Counted from the whole stretch's first letter, positions 13,950 to 26,046 are shown. The stretch: 52,480 nucleotides of DNA, filler included, from Squatina squatina (GCA_031763465.1; 3 parts of 3 records of this genome joined end to end with filler, not necessarily neighbours in it); one strand, 5' to 3'. The notes: generated by a model from the sequence alone, not told the origin. Numbers and translations are program-made.

Positions 13950-14364
13950 GTAGAACTGCAAAGTATACGTTCTGAAATGCTCCAGTTTGTAGCCAACTTT
14001 GCAGGCACTTTCACAAATGCCATAGAGAGTGTAACTTTGCATATCACAGCACAAGTGGACAAGAAATTAGCATACAAACTGGAAGAAGTCACCAAAACCC
14101 AAGAAGAGAATGAATCAGAGCAGAAAAATGTACTTCAGCAGCTTCTTTTGGTGAGCCAGGATCTGTCCAACAGACTCAGAAAACTGGAGATGACATGGCA
14201 AAAGACAGCGGATATGAAGGATCAGAGGCTATCTCTTGACATGAAGAAGGCAGTTCCTATAAACTTGGAAACAACTCTGAATTTCTTGGCAACTGAACTG
14301 CAACAATCTAAAATTGAATGGGCAGCATTTCAGAAGTGGTCAGCTAAACACATCTTACCATCAG
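13950..14364 (+). CDS. PTX3: Pentraxin 3, exon 2 (N-terminal coiled coil); 5' part hidden in gap
   Basis: VELQSIRSEMLQFVANFAG...KHILPS(G)|gtatt. The VELQSxRxEMLQFVANF segment and the LPxG phase-1 end match recalled non-mammalian PTX3. The pentraxin-domain exon is not in the window. Confidence 0.85.
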
Positions 14365-14950
14365 GTATTCTAGCTCACTATTCTTTAGTGATTTTCTGTA
14401 TTTCCATCCTCTTTTAATCCCATCCATTATGCAGCCATTGGCAGATTTTAATAGCTGAAGGACTGAAGCAATGAGGTTCAGACCTCTCCCCAGCTTCTAA
14501 TATCTGTGGCATTATGTGGAAAAAACAAAAAAAGAGCCCTATCCATGCATTAAAAACACATCTGCATGGTACAAAACCCCATCTAGTGTGCTTGGTGAGT
14601 ACTGGAAATTTAAAATAAATTATATATAAAAAGAAAAATTGAAAGACCAAATTTATATTGTTAAAAGACTAAATTTGGTTTCTTTTGATAATGTTTTACA
14701 CTGCACTTGAACATTTGGAATATGTCAATCAGAACATTATTTTGAACAGATATTCAGAATGAGGAGTTTTTGCAGCTACTTTTTGTAATAGGGAACATTT
14801 TTTTAATGAAATACATAAGGCTTGAAAAATTCAGTCCAGTCTTGCTACATTTAAGATTTGGAAAAATTACATGAAAAGCAGAATTTGTAATCCTCATGTT
14901 ATAAAATGTTTTCTCTCTCTGCCTTTCGTCCTGATAATTTGCTGTATTTT

Positions 14951-15050
14951 NNNNNNNNNNNNNNNNNNNNNNNNNNNNNNNNNNNNNNNNNNNNTTAATT
15001 AATTAANNNNNNNNNNNNNNNNNNNNNNNNNNNNNNNNNNNNNNNNNNNN
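14951..15050. other. Artificial scaffold linker N44-TTAATTAATTAA-N44
   Basis: Palindromic 12-mer with stops in all six frames, centred in exactly 100 positions; identical structure at 39650-39749. Confidence 0.95.
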
Positions 15051-15295
15051 TAGATTAATTTGTTTTCTGATCTGGGACAAAGATTCGGCACAACATCGTG
15101 GGCCGAAGGGCCTGTTATGTGCTGTATGTTCTATGTTCTATGGTTTAAGTGTGATCCTTCCTGTACTGTGCCAGGACCAATGCACTAATAAGCTGAGTGA
15201 AAGTTCCGGGTAAGGGTTTCAGACAGGATCAAACTAAGCTCATTTTCTAGGCTATAACCATTGATCATTTATAAAATCTGTCTTGACTCTTTAAG

Positions 15296-15436
15296 GAAAA
15301 GAAACAGCTGTTCACACACAAGAAGGATCTCCTTCTCGCCTTTGTTTATTTTGATCAAAGTTACTGTGGTTATCTGCTTGAGAAAGATCTTGAAGAAATC
15401 ATCTACACTCTGGGACTCCACCTTTCCCGTGCACAG
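15296..15436 (+). CDS. CCAR1: CCAR1 exon (EF-hand-like region)
   Basis: EKKQLFTHKKDLLLAFVYFDQSYCGYLLEKDLEEIIYTLGLHLSRAQ|gtac; the taag acceptor is less certain than the donor. Confidence 0.92.
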
Positions 15437-15837
15437 GTACAGTTCCTCTTCAGTTTGTTATTAAATGTTAAGTTTGTGCTATCACAGTCCAGGAAACACA
15501 TATACAAATGATGTGGCACTTTATGGCCACTAACAAATCCACAGTGAAGTAAAATGAATATTAGCTGGGGCTACAGTTCACCTCAGTGCCCTGGGCTAGA
15601 ATTCAGCTCGGATTTCCGCTCCCAGTGAGTGTACAGTGATTCCTGCTGTACTGATATAGGATGAGAAACGGCCATGATGCTTCCTGTAGTTGAATTGCCT
15701 GCGGACACTCCCTATCTAGGCTCATATCTGAACAATAGCCGCTGACATGAGATACTGAAGAGATTCAGAAGAAGGGAGGGGGAAAAAGAGAGGGTTTCTT
15801 GCACTAATCGGTGTGTTTTTTTAATTTATGTTTCCAG

Positions 15838-15958
15838 GTCAAGAAGTTAATCAGTAAAGTGGTGCTGCGAGACTCCTGCCAGTACAGGAAGCTAACTGAT
15901 GGCGCGAAAGATGAAGTAAAAGTGGCAGAGAGTGAGGTGGAATCTGATAATTTGTTGG
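15838..15958 (+). CDS. CCAR1: CCAR1, next exon
   Basis: ccag|VKKLISKVVLRDSCQYRKLTDGAKDE...DNLL(G)|gtac (121 nt); continues the previous exon in phase. Confidence 0.9.
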
Positions 15959-17103
15959 GTACTGCCACATTTATATTGTACCTCCTCCAATTCATCCTCT
16001 CCCAGGCTCTCACAATTGGGGAACTCCTTATTGCAATTCAGGCTTCTCTAGCACAAGAGCCAGCTCCTACAGACAAGCTACAAACTGAAGCTTGATCTTG
16101 TGCCCAGAGTAATGTGGGATCGGTTCCCTGGATGAACAGTGTTGTCTCTGGTTTGTACATAGCGTTTCCACTGCATGCTCATGCCATGTCAGAAGATGAC
16201 GAATAACTCTCATACCAGAACTTTCAGAACAGACTAAAGGACCCAACTGGTTTACTCCTGGATTGTCATTCACAGAAATTAGCCAGCCAGTTATAAAAGT
16301 CTGTTCATATAAAGCTTTAAACCAGTTCAAGAAAGATTAAAACCATCAGTTGAGTTCTTTTGAATGTCTGAAAGATCTGCAAAGAAAGGTAAACTGTAGA
16401 AAAATATTTCTGGGAAAGAAAGTAGGTATACAACCTCTATCAGTTTCACTATACACTAACATTATGTAGGCAGTCCTACATATGAGTACCATCTTGATTG
16501 TGTTGCAGCTGGGTCGAAACTGTAAATAACTAGTATATCAATAGTGTTTGACCCTTATAACCCTAAAACTCCTTGAAATACAGCCTCACATTTGAGGAAG
16601 GTACTCTCCTGAATAATGGAACAGCCAGCTCCCAAACACATACATAATGTCATGCCAGTGCCACCTATGATGGTAAGCCAAATTCATGCTGGGGCTATCC
16701 TGATTAGATTAGATTGTGGTACTGCTTAATAATCTGGTCATACATGTTATTTGTTTCCAGCACTCGGGTGTTTAGTTATTACTATCAAACCCTTGAGTCT
16801 GGGAAAACAATCAACACCATTGGTCTGGTTGATTGTAGCAAAAGCAAGTATTGGTGCCTTGGAGGCTGAGACAGGAGAAATTATAATGGGGAACAAGGAA
16901 ATCGATGCTGAGAAAGTCGTGAATCGCACGTTCAGTGAGTTGGCCACACCACAGGTAAAGGTTAAGCGGACAGAAAGGGAACGGGTGGCCACTAGCCAGC
17001 GTNNNNNNNNNNNNNNNNNNNNNNNNNNNNNNNNNNNNNNNNNNNNNNNNNNNNNNNNNNNNNNNNNNNNNNNNNNNNNNNNNNNNNNNNNNNNNNNNNN
17101 NNC

Positions 17104-17975
17104 CCTGCCGTTCCTACAACAGAGAGCCCTGAGTATGTGGAGAGGCTCCCAAACCAGCCTCATCGATCCAGGGCCCAGCTAATGCCCCAAGGGCATGCCA
17201 GCGAGCCGGAGGGTGGGGCAGCCAGTGAGCCAGAGACTGATGGGAGACAGAGTGAGACCTTTACCGATGATGATCAGACCCTGTACCAGAGGGAGTTGGA
17301 TGAAGACGATGCATGCAGCTCACTTTACCTCAATGATGATGCTGAGATCACACAGTGCAGCCAGTTGTCCTTGCCTGGCCTTGGCTGTGCTGACGACCCA
17401 GAATGGCATCGCCCTGGCATTGAAGGTGTGCCAGCTGGGCTGTCCAATGACAGCTGGGTTTTAACCAAGATTCTCCTGGAGGAACAGCGAGCTGCAAACA
17501 GCGAGTTTGGTGAGAAGCAAGCGGCTGGGTGGTTAGAATCGAGTAACAGCAGCCTGGGCCAGTCTAGACCCTGGTGTGGGACGGAGCCCCACACGCAGCT
17601 GCACAGACACCAGGCAACGTCACAGCTGGTTTACGAACATGTAGAGGAGGAGGAGCACCCAACTGGGTGCGGGGAAGCACCAGACCTCCTGGCGAGCAGT
17701 ATATTTGATTACTGTAACACAACAGGTGCTGACTCTGATCCAGAGACTCTCCGAGACCCAACCAGTGAAGGCAGCAGAAACCCAGCCGGCCAGGAGCTCT
17801 GGGCCATGCATCAAGGAATGAAAGCACAACTGATGAGAAACTTGGAGCGCAACCTGGGATTTCTTCACCACTCGCACAATGCTGCATTATCACAGACAGG
17901 TCAAGAGGAGCACAGTCACCTGGAGACACTGGAGAACCACAGCATTACCGGGGATAGCGGCATCGACTCACCCCG
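17104..17975 (+). CDS. STOX1: Storkhead box 1, 3' part of the large exon
   Basis: Open frame ending HSHLETLENHSITGDSGIDSP(R)|gtcag. The GDSGIDSPR motif is typical of STOX1, and the position between CCAR1 and DDX21 fits. The start is in a gap. Confidence 0.85.
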
Positions 17976-18143
17976 GTCAGGGTCCGAGGGGTCACACTGG
18001 GGTCAGGGTCTGATGGGTCACACTGGGGTCAGTGTTAGAGGGGNNNNNNNNNNNNNNNNNNNNNNNNNNNNNNNNNNNNNNNNNNNNNNNNNNNNNNNNN
18101 NNNNNNNNNNNNNNNNNNNNNNNNNNNNNNNNNNNNNNNNNNN

Positions 18144-18272
18144 CCCAGTGCAGGTACAACACAGATTAGATACAGAGTAAAGCTCCTTCTACACTGTCCC
18201 ATCAAACACTCCCAGGGCCGTTGCAGCACGAGTTAGATACAGAGTAAAGCTCCCTATGCATTGTCCAAACAA
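18144..18272. repeat. About 67-bp tandem repeat, 2 copies visible
   Basis: ttagatacagagtaaagctcc core occurs twice; abuts a gap. Confidence 0.7.
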
Positions 18273-18569
18273 TGTCACAACCCAAGTTCGCACAAGGTCC
18301 ATCCCCATTCCAGGAGTTGACATTATTTCTTTACAACCAGCAGGCAGAGAATTCTGTCTCATCAGCCAGGGCCGGAATTCAGCCCAGTCCCAGCAGTGAA
18401 TGGCCAATTTCTAGTAGTCCTTTTAAAGTAATTAATTGTACACCGCTGAACTGTCTGATGCCTGGTGATGTGACGGGTATTGTTTTACTAACCCAGGCAT
18501 GTGAGGAATGTTCCTGGTCCAGCTGTGGATCGGGTGTACAGACAGAGTTACAGTTGAATTGTCTTTTAG

Positions 18570-18755
18570 TGGACAGCATTCGCATGGGCATTGACATTCT
18601 GGTGGGGACACCTGGCCGGATCAGGGACCATCTGCAGAACATGAAGATCGACCTGTCTAAACTGAAGCACGTGGTCCTGGATGAGGTGGACCAGATGCTG
18701 GATATGGGCTTTGCAGAGCAGGTGGAGGATATTCTGAAAACTGCATACAAAAAAG
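18570..18755 (+). CDS. DDX21: DDX21/DDX50-type RNA helicase exon (motifs Ib and II, DEVD)
   Basis: [61 protein letters not shown]; 186 nt, ttag acceptor and gtgtg donor. Confidence 0.9.
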
Positions 18756-18949
18756 GTGTGTCACTTCCCCACGAGCCTCTTTCTTTTTGCTCCTTGTTCT
18801 GTTTTTAGCTTCTGTTCTTTTGCCTGTTACTGTTTTTTGTCCTGAATAGATGCGTTGTATTTAAAACAGCCTGAGCCTGTACCACGGCACAGTGTTGGGG
18901 CAGCGAGGGCTTTATGCCGCCAGCCTGCTCTGGGGCAGTGTAGAACAAC

Positions 18950-19493
18950 TTTATATAGCGCATTTAAACCGTCCCAAGGCACTTCACAAGAGTGATTATC
19001 AGACATAATTTGACACTGAGCCACTTAGAGATTGGGGCAGATTTGTCAAGAGGTACATTTTAAGGAACGACTTAAAGAAAGAATGAGGCGTGGAAAACTT
19101 TCAGGAGGGAATTTCGGAGCTTAGGGCCTTGGCAGCTGAAGGCACAATGGTGTAACAATTAAAATTGTGGATGTGAAATAGTCCAGAATTGGAGGAGTGT
19201 AGATATGAGAGTTGTAGGGCTGGAGGAGGTTACAGAGATAGGAAGGGGTGAGGCAAGAATTTAAACAAACATGAGAATTTTTAAATCGATGGGTAGCTGG
19301 ACTGGGAGCCAATGTAGGTCAGCCAGCACAGGGGTGGTGTTTGAGTGGGACTTGGTGCGAGTTAGGATATGGGCGGCTGAGTTTTGGATGAGTTGAAGTT
19401 TCTGGAGGGTGGAAGATAGGAGGCATGCTAGGAGAGCAGTGGAATCGTCGAGTCTGGAGCTATGGGTGAGGGTTTCAGCAGCAGATGGGCTGA
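18950..19493 (-). mobile_element. L2-like LINE 3' end
   Basis: Same family as 26020-26360 (cagctgaaggcac...gtagggctggaggaggttacagagatagg); decayed. Confidence 0.65.
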
Positions 19494-19753
19494 NNNNNNN
19501 NNNNNNNNNNNNNNNNNNNNNNNNNNNNNNNNNNNNNNNNNNNNNNNNNNNNNNNNNNNNNNNNNNNNNNNNNNNNNNNNNNNNNNNNNNNNNGATTTCA
19601 AGGATGTGAGGTGCTCACAGAGATTGCTTCTCTCTTAACTCAGATTGTTCCAAAACATTCAGTCCCAAGAGGTTATCACCCGAATCCTTGCATCATATTT
19701 CCACTTAACGGGTTACTGTGAAACACTCAGCAAGACATTTATCTCCAACACAG

Positions 19754-19866
19754 GTGAAGAGGAGAGGGAACGCCGTGACCAGCTCCAACAGAAGAAGGCA
19801 GAAATAGCCCGGTGTTGGATAAAGTACTGTCTCAATCTGCTGCAAGACGCGCGCAAGTTGCTTGAG
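19754..19866 (+). CDS. KIFBP: KIF-binding protein, penultimate exon
   Basis: EEERERRDQLQQKKAEIARCWIKYCLNLLQDARKLLE|gtatc; phase 0 into the last exon. Confidence 0.92.
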
Positions 19867-21031
19867 GTATCTGCAGTGGGTTTGTTTGGTATCTGTATCT
19901 TTGTGCTCGGTCCCTACACAGAAACACATGGGACCCTGCAAGTGATTGTGCCTTGAACTTCGTTCCGATTAATGACAGGGAGAGGGGAAATTCCCTGACT
20001 GCACAAAAATGTGGTGGAGAATGTGGGAAAATTCAGGCAGTGAGGCCAACCGTTGTCCGGGCCCAAGCCGGGATACCCCTCCTCCCATTCCCTGCGACGG
20101 CTGCCGCTGGCCGATCCATTCCGCCCCCCAGATCTCCCGCCCATCCCACTGACAGCTTCCCGGGTAGGAGGCCCTGTTGTCAACTCCTCTCTCCAGCTGA
20201 GGCCCAGCACAGGTCCCGGCCTGGGCCTACAGTCGGAGCCTTGCTGCCCTTTTAGGTCCCTCGCCACCCCTCCTGGGGGTGTGATGGGATCCCTACTACA
20301 CTGCTGCCAGTCTGGCAGGATCACTCGCGGTGGCAGAATTCCTCCCCAGAACTGGCCGTGTGTGAGGCGTGAACCCTAACCCCGGGTCAGGGCTGGTGAG
20401 CACCCGGAGGAGTGGGCAGAGGTCCCGCCACCCCGACCAGGAGAATTGCCCCTTCATCTCCTGATGTCTCTGGGCTGCCGCACACTGGCTCCAGTAGGTG
20501 GGGCTGTGGTCCATACGGACAGTTCCTCTGGTCAAAGGTGCTCTCTCTCCCTGGCAGGTGGTGCCACGGGCCCCAGTCGCACTCGGGTACAGCCCCTCGT
20601 CCAAGTAGCCGTTCTCACACTGGCAGATCCTTGACCAAGACGAGTTAACCAAGCAGACATCTGGGGTTAAACCCCGGACCGTCCCTGCTCAGTGCCATCC
20701 TCCCCGGTGGATCGACTCACTGGCCCCGTTTGAAGCCTTGGGTTTGAGCTGGCTGAGCAACGTAGAGCCAAGCCCCCCCACCACCTTCAGTGAACACGTG
20801 CCATCTCACAGGGCTCATCCCATAGCCATCAGGAGTGGAGCAGAGATGAGGGATGTTCGTGATGTGTAGAGTTTAGTAGACCACCCACTGGTGTATTTGC
20901 CCGTTGATTTTATAATATAGCTCTGACTGTGTTAGATGGTAACGGTGAAAGTGTATGACGCTTACACGATGTGGCGGTATTTCCAAAGGGGCATCTTGTT
21001 TGTTTGCTGCATTTGTCGTCGTTTCTTACAG

Positions 21032-21910
21032 GATGACATTGGTGAACTGGATTGGGATCGGCAGGAAGAGCTGAAAATCCAACTGAAAAAAGAAGAGGAG
21101 GAGAAGGAGCAGGGGAGGAAAAGTGCAGTGCTGTTTGGATCCAGCGATACGTTCGATCTGATCCAGTCAGTCGAGGAGAAGGTGAGCTGCACTTACCCTG
21201 TGGACTTTCCGAAAGCCCGTGAGGTGTTCTTGGTCGGACAGAACTACGTGCAAGAGGCCAAGGAATTCTTCCAGCTCGACGACCATGTGACAGACCACAT
21301 TGAGGTGGTTCAGGACCACAGCGCGTTATTCAAGGCCCTTGCCTTCTTTGAAGAGGACCAAGAGAGACGTTGCAAGATGCACAAACGGCGCATAGACATG
21401 CTGGACACGGTCTACACAGAGTTAAACCCGCAGTATTACCTCTTGATCTGCAGACAGCTTCAGTTTGAGATAGCAGACACATATTATGAAATGATGGAGC
21501 TAAAGGTCTCCATCGCCAACCGGCTGGACGAGCTGGATAGCCACAACATCAAGAAAATCAACCACCTGGCCCAGTCAGCCATTGCCTACTACAACCTCTT
21601 CCTGGACTCCCTGAAGAACTCGGACAAGAAGTTTCCGGAGAAGCTCGAAGCTGATGTTGTGCGGCCAGCTCTGGTGGGCAAGTTTCGCATCGGTTGGTTG
21701 TACAGCAAGATGATCACTTCTGATCTGAAGACGCAGCTGGAGAATTTGCAGCAGTCAGTGGATTGTTACCGCTTTGTGGTGAATTACTGCGAGAGCCAGC
21801 CCGAGGCTGCCAAGGCGATGGAACCCGAACTGGAGCTCTGTGCTGAGATGGCCACCTTACTGCCGGCAAGAATGGAGAAACTAAGAGCTAAGTTACTGGC
21901 CTTCAACTAG
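21032..21910 (+). CDS. KIFBP: KIF-binding protein (KIAA1279), last exon
   Basis: cag|DDIGELDWDRQEEL...HSALFKALAFFEEDQERRCKMHKRRIDML...LNPQYYLLICRQLQFEIADTYY...AFN*. Confidence 0.96.
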   Translation, partial: DDIGELDWDRQEELKIQLKKEEEEKEQGRKSAVLFGSSDTFDLIQSVEEKVSCTYPVDFPKAREVFLVGQNYVQEAKEFFQLDDHVTDHIEVVQDHSALFKALAFFEEDQERRCKMHKRRIDMLDTVYTELNPQYYLLICRQLQFEIADTYYEMMELKVSIANRLDELDSHNIKKINHLAQSAIAYYNLFLDSLKNSDKKFPEKLEADVVRPALVGKFRIGWLYSKMITSDLKTQLENLQQSVDCYRFVVNYCESQPEAAKAMEPELELCAEMATLLPARMEKLRAKLLAFN

Positions 21911-21980
21911 TGCCGATGACTGAGGCCTGCTCCAGAGGCCTGCTCCATTACCCCACCCCAGTAGCTGTACTTCCTTGTGT

Positions 21981-21986
21981 AATAAA
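21981..21986 (+). promoter_or_regulatory. Likely KIFBP polyadenylation signal
   Basis: AATAAA about 70 nt after the stop codon. Confidence 0.6.
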
Positions 21987-22166
21987 CATACCTGACGCAC
22001 TCAGCTTTTCAGCTGTACATTGGAAAGAAAGACTTGCATTTCTATAGCACCTTTCACAACCTCAGCNNNNNNNNNNNNNNNNNNNNNNNNNNNNNNNNNN
22101 NNNNNNNNNNNNNNNNNNNNNNNNNNNNNNNNNNNNNNNNNNNNNNNNNNNNNNNNNNNNNNNNNN

Positions 22167-23310
22167 GGTATGGAGAGAAAGCAGGTACAGGGTACTGAGT
22201 TGGATGATCAGCAATGATCATATTGAATGGCGGTGTAGGCTCGAGGGGCCTAATGGCCTACTCCTGCACCTATTTTCTATGTTTCTATGTAACTCAATGG
22301 CAGAACAAGCTTGAGGAACTGAATAGCCTTATCCTGTTCTTAGAAACAGTAGACAAGGGTAATGCAGTGGATGTAATTTACATGGACTTTCAAAAGGTCT
22401 TCGTTAAGGTAGACTCATGACTAAGGTCAGAGCATGCAGAGTCAGGGGACAAGTAGCAAGAGCTGACTACAAAATAGAAACCAGAGTAGGGGTAAAGGTA
22501 GTTACTCAGATTGGCAATGGTGGGAAGTGGTGTTTGACAGCGATCGGTGGTGGGACCACTATTGTTCATCACAGAATTGATACAGCACCGTAGGAAGCCA
22601 TTCAACCCATTGAAACCATGACTCTTGCTAGAGCAATTCAGCTAGTCCCACTCCCTCGACCTTTCCCTAAGCCCTGCAAATTTTTCCTTCCTTCAATTCC
22701 CTTTTGAAAGCCACAACTGAATCTGGCTCCAGGCAGTGCATTCCAGATCAAAACCATTCATTGCATAAAAAAAGTTTTTCCTCATGTCGCCTATGGATCT
22801 TCTGCCAATCACCTTAAATCTGTGTCCTCTGGTTCTTGACACTTCCGCCAATGGGAACTGTTTCTCTCTATCTGCTCTGTCCAGACCCATGATTTTGAAC
22901 ACCTCTATCAAATCTTCTCTCAACCATCTCTGCTCTAAGGAGAACAACCCCAGCTTCTCCAGTCTATCCACGTAACTAGTCCCTCATCCCTGGAATCATT
23001 CTTGTAAATCTTTTCTGCACCCTCTCTAAAGCCTTCACATCCTTCCTAAAGTGCGGTGCCCAGAATTGAGCACAATACTCCAGTTGTGGCCGAACCAATG
23101 TTTTATACAGGTTCATCATAACTTCCATGCTTTTTTCCTCTGTATAAATGATTTGGACTTGGGGAAACGGAAGTATAATTTCAAAATTTGTGCATGATGC
23201 CAAATTTGGGGAGTGTCGTCAATACTGAGGAGGGCCGTGACAAAATACAAAGCGACATTAATAAACTTCCACAATGGGCAGGTCATTGGAAAGTGAATTT
23301 CAACACAGAT
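22167..23310. mobile_element. Nested CR1 LINE fragments on both strands
   Basis: VDVIYMDFQKVF (+); LYKTLVRPQLEYCAQFWAPHFRKDVKALERVQKRFTRMIPGM and LEKLGLFSLEQR (-). Confidence 0.85.
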
Positions 23311-23690
23311 TACGGGCGCCCAATTGGTCTGTGGCTATTTGAGGCCAATAGGTGTAAATTTAGCGCCCGTTTTGAATAATTATCTTAAGACACAGAATTG
23401 GCCTCTTAAAAGATTTCTTGCCATCACAAAACAAAACCTATGTTCGAAACCAGCACTAATGGGACTAATGACATTTAGGTTTTTTCAGCTCCCCAATTGT
23501 TCATCCGATGTAAGGAGCTGCTATCAGGCGTCAGGCCACTTCAGTCCTTAAAAGGGATCATTCTGCTGACACAAGCACTGCCTGGGTCAGNNNNNNNNNN
23601 NNNNNNNNNNNNNNNNNNNNNNNNNNNNNNNNNNNNNNNNNNNNNNNNNNNNNNNNNNNNNNNNNNNNNNNNNNNNNNNNNNNNNNNNNN

Positions 23691-24754
23691 CATCAACAGT
23701 GCTATCAAGAATTACTTACTCACCAATAACCTGCTCATCAATGCTCAGTTTGGGTTCTGCCAGAATAACTCGGTGCCACAGCTCATGACAGCTTTGGTCT
23801 AAACATGGTCAAAAAGCTGAATTCTGGAGGCGAAGTGAGAATGACTCCCCTCGACATCAAGACCGCATACGACTGAGTGTGACACCAAGAAGCTCTAGTA
23901 AAACCGAAGACAGTGGGGAACAGGTGGAAAACTCTCCAGTGAATGGAGTTATATATGGCACAAAAGCAGATGGTTGTGGTTTTGGTGGCGAATCATCTCA
24001 GCCCCAGGACCTGCTTGCAGTAGTGCCTTATGACAGAGGCCTAAGCCTAACTGTCTTCAGCAGCTTCATCAATGACCTTCCCTCTGTCATAAGTTCAGAA
24101 GTGGGGCTGTTCGCTGATGATTGCATAGTGTTCAGCTCTATTTGCAATTCTTCAGATAATGAAGCAGTCCATGCCCACATGCAGTAAGACCTGGGCAATG
24201 TCCAAGCTTGGGCTGATACATGGCAAGTAACATTCATGCCACACCAGTGTCAGGCAATCACCATCTCGAACAAGAGAGAGTCTAACCACTTCCCAGAGGG
24301 AGTCTAACCTCCTCCCCTTGACTTTCAATGGCATTACCACTGCTGAAACGTCCACCATCAACTTTCTGGGGGTTACCATTGAGCAGAAACTAAACTGGAT
24401 CAGCTTCATAAATACCGTGGCTGTCAGAGCAGGTCAGAGAATGGGTATTCTGCGGCAAGTGTCTCATCTCCTGACTCCCCAAAGCCTCCCCACCGTCTAC
24501 AAGTCATAAGTCAAGAAAGTGATGGAATACTCTCCACTCACCTGGGTGGTTGCAGCTGCAACAGCACTCAAGAAACTCAACACCATCCAGTAAGCACCTC
24601 ATCCACCAAGTCACACACCATACAGACTTTGTCGCTGGGTCAAAATCCTGGAACACCCTATCAAACAGCACTGTGGGAGTACCCTCACCAAGTGGACTGC
24701 AGTAGTTCAAGAAGACGGCCCACCACCAATCTTCAAGGCAATCCAGGGTTGGGC
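23691..24754 (+). mobile_element. Decayed CR1/L2-group LINE, RT domain to 3' end
   Basis: AQFGF, LDIKTAYD, SFINDLPS..VGLFADDC, INFLGVTIEQKLNW, with stops and frameshifts. Confidence 0.85.
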
Positions 24755-24854
24755 NNNNNNNNNNNNNNNNNNNNNNNNNNNNNNNNNNNNNNNNNNNNNN
24801 NNNNNNNNNNNNNNNNNNNNNNNNNNNNNNNNNNNNNNNNNNNNNNNNNNNNNN

Positions 24855-25240
24855 GATCTCTGTTCCTTTCCCTGGTCTAGATTGGTTCTGATCTCTGTTC
24901 ATATCCTGGTCTAGATTGGTTCTGATCTCTGTTCCTTTCCCTGGTCTAGATTGGTTCTGATCTCTGTTCATATCCTGGTCTAGATTGGTTCTGATCTCTG
25001 TTCCTTTCCCTGGTCTAGATTGGTTCTGATCTCTGTTCATATCCTGGTCTAGATTGGTTCTGATCTCTGACTCTCTCACCTGGTCTAGGTTGGTTCTGAT
25101 CTCTTCATATCCTGGTCTAGGTTGGTTCTGATCTCTTCATATCCTGGTCTAGATTGGTTCTGATCACTGTTCCTTTCCCTGGCCTCGATTGGTTCTGATC
25201 ACTGTTCCTTTCCCTGGCCTCGATTGGTTCTGATCTCTGT
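24855..25240. repeat. Minisatellite of roughly 34/35-bp units (69-bp dimer in its 5' half), about 11 units
   Basis: gatctctgttc(ctttcc/atatc)ctggtctagattggttct repeated up to the SUPV3L1 acceptor. Confidence 0.92.
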
Positions 25241-25259
25241 TCCCTGCCTTTTGTTCCAG

Positions 25260-25731
25260 TTACCGGTTCATGGACATGTTCCCAGATGTGAATCTTGTGC
25301 GAGATATTCAGACTGAACTGGACAGCATCATACAGATTGGAGTGAAGAACATCACTCGTCTGATCCGTGCATCTGATTCCATCTCCGCGGCAACCACTGT
25401 CAGACCCGATGATGCTTCTGTTTATAGAGGGCTACGGAAAAACCGTAGGATAAATATAGAGGGCATGAATACTAAGGAGCGAGACTACAGTGGGTCACGG
25501 AGGATTCGAGGGTCCAAGGCATTAGGCTACGGAGCGGTGGTTTGCGAAGCAGACATAGCTGAGAGAACTGGCGACTCTCTGAGTGCGAGGCTGGTCCAGC
25601 AAGGCCAGCTTTCGGCCGAATTACTGCAGCAGCTTCAGGAGGAGTGGTCAGCGAGCCAGACTCCGGGAGATGCTGCTGTTCAGGATCCAAGTAAAACTAC
25701 TTCCAAAGGACTGAGGAAGAAGAAGAAATAA
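25260..25731 (+). CDS. SUPV3L1: Mitochondrial helicase SUV3, last exon
   Basis: ccag|(S)YRFMDMFPDVNLVRDIQTELDSIIQIGVKNITRLI...SLSARLVQQGQLSAELLQQLQEEW...KKKK*; expected position before the hexokinase. Confidence 0.92.
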
Positions 25732-26046
25732 ATTCCACATATTTATTCGACTAAAAATTTTCTTTCCAGTATCAACAAGTGATTGGACTAGGTGTAAAGT
25801 GCCGGTTTCAGTTTGCTTGATCTTGAGAGCTTTGGCTGCTAACAGCACAGAAATGAAAGTAAAAATATATTTTCCATACAAGAGCCTCCTGAGCTTTTTT
25901 AATATTGGAACTGTGGTGTCAGAAGTTAATTCACCAGTTCAGCCCAAATCGCAGGAATCCCGTCGGATCATAACTGGATTAACAACAACGACTAGCATAT
26001 ATACAGTGCCTTTAATTAAGGAGCGTCTTAAAGGAGGAGAGAGAGG

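Noticed and set aside
10964-14095. Long ORFs of 186-300 aa
   Set aside because: Almost entirely X from N gaps; only the PTX3 exon parts of this span are supported.
14995-15006. TTAATTAATTAA as a biological palindrome or homeobox site
   Set aside because: Symmetrically embedded in Ns at two places; an assembly linker.
16751-17002. ORF GALEAETGEIIMGNKE...VNRTFSELATPQVK
   Set aside because: Looks like adjoining CR1 ORF2- and ORF1-like fragments at a contig end, not a host gene.
19914-20760. Cluster of overlapping ORFs in a GC-rich stretch
   Set aside because: Lies in the last KIFBP intron; high GC explains the scarcity of stops and there are no motifs.
20936-21031. N-terminal extension of the KIFBP ORF
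   Set aside because: Intronic sequence upstream of the acceptor at 21031.
24504-25079. 191-aa repetitive ORF (EIRTNLDQDMNRDQNQSRPGKGT)n
   Set aside because: Translation of the 69-bp minisatellite dimer running across a gap.
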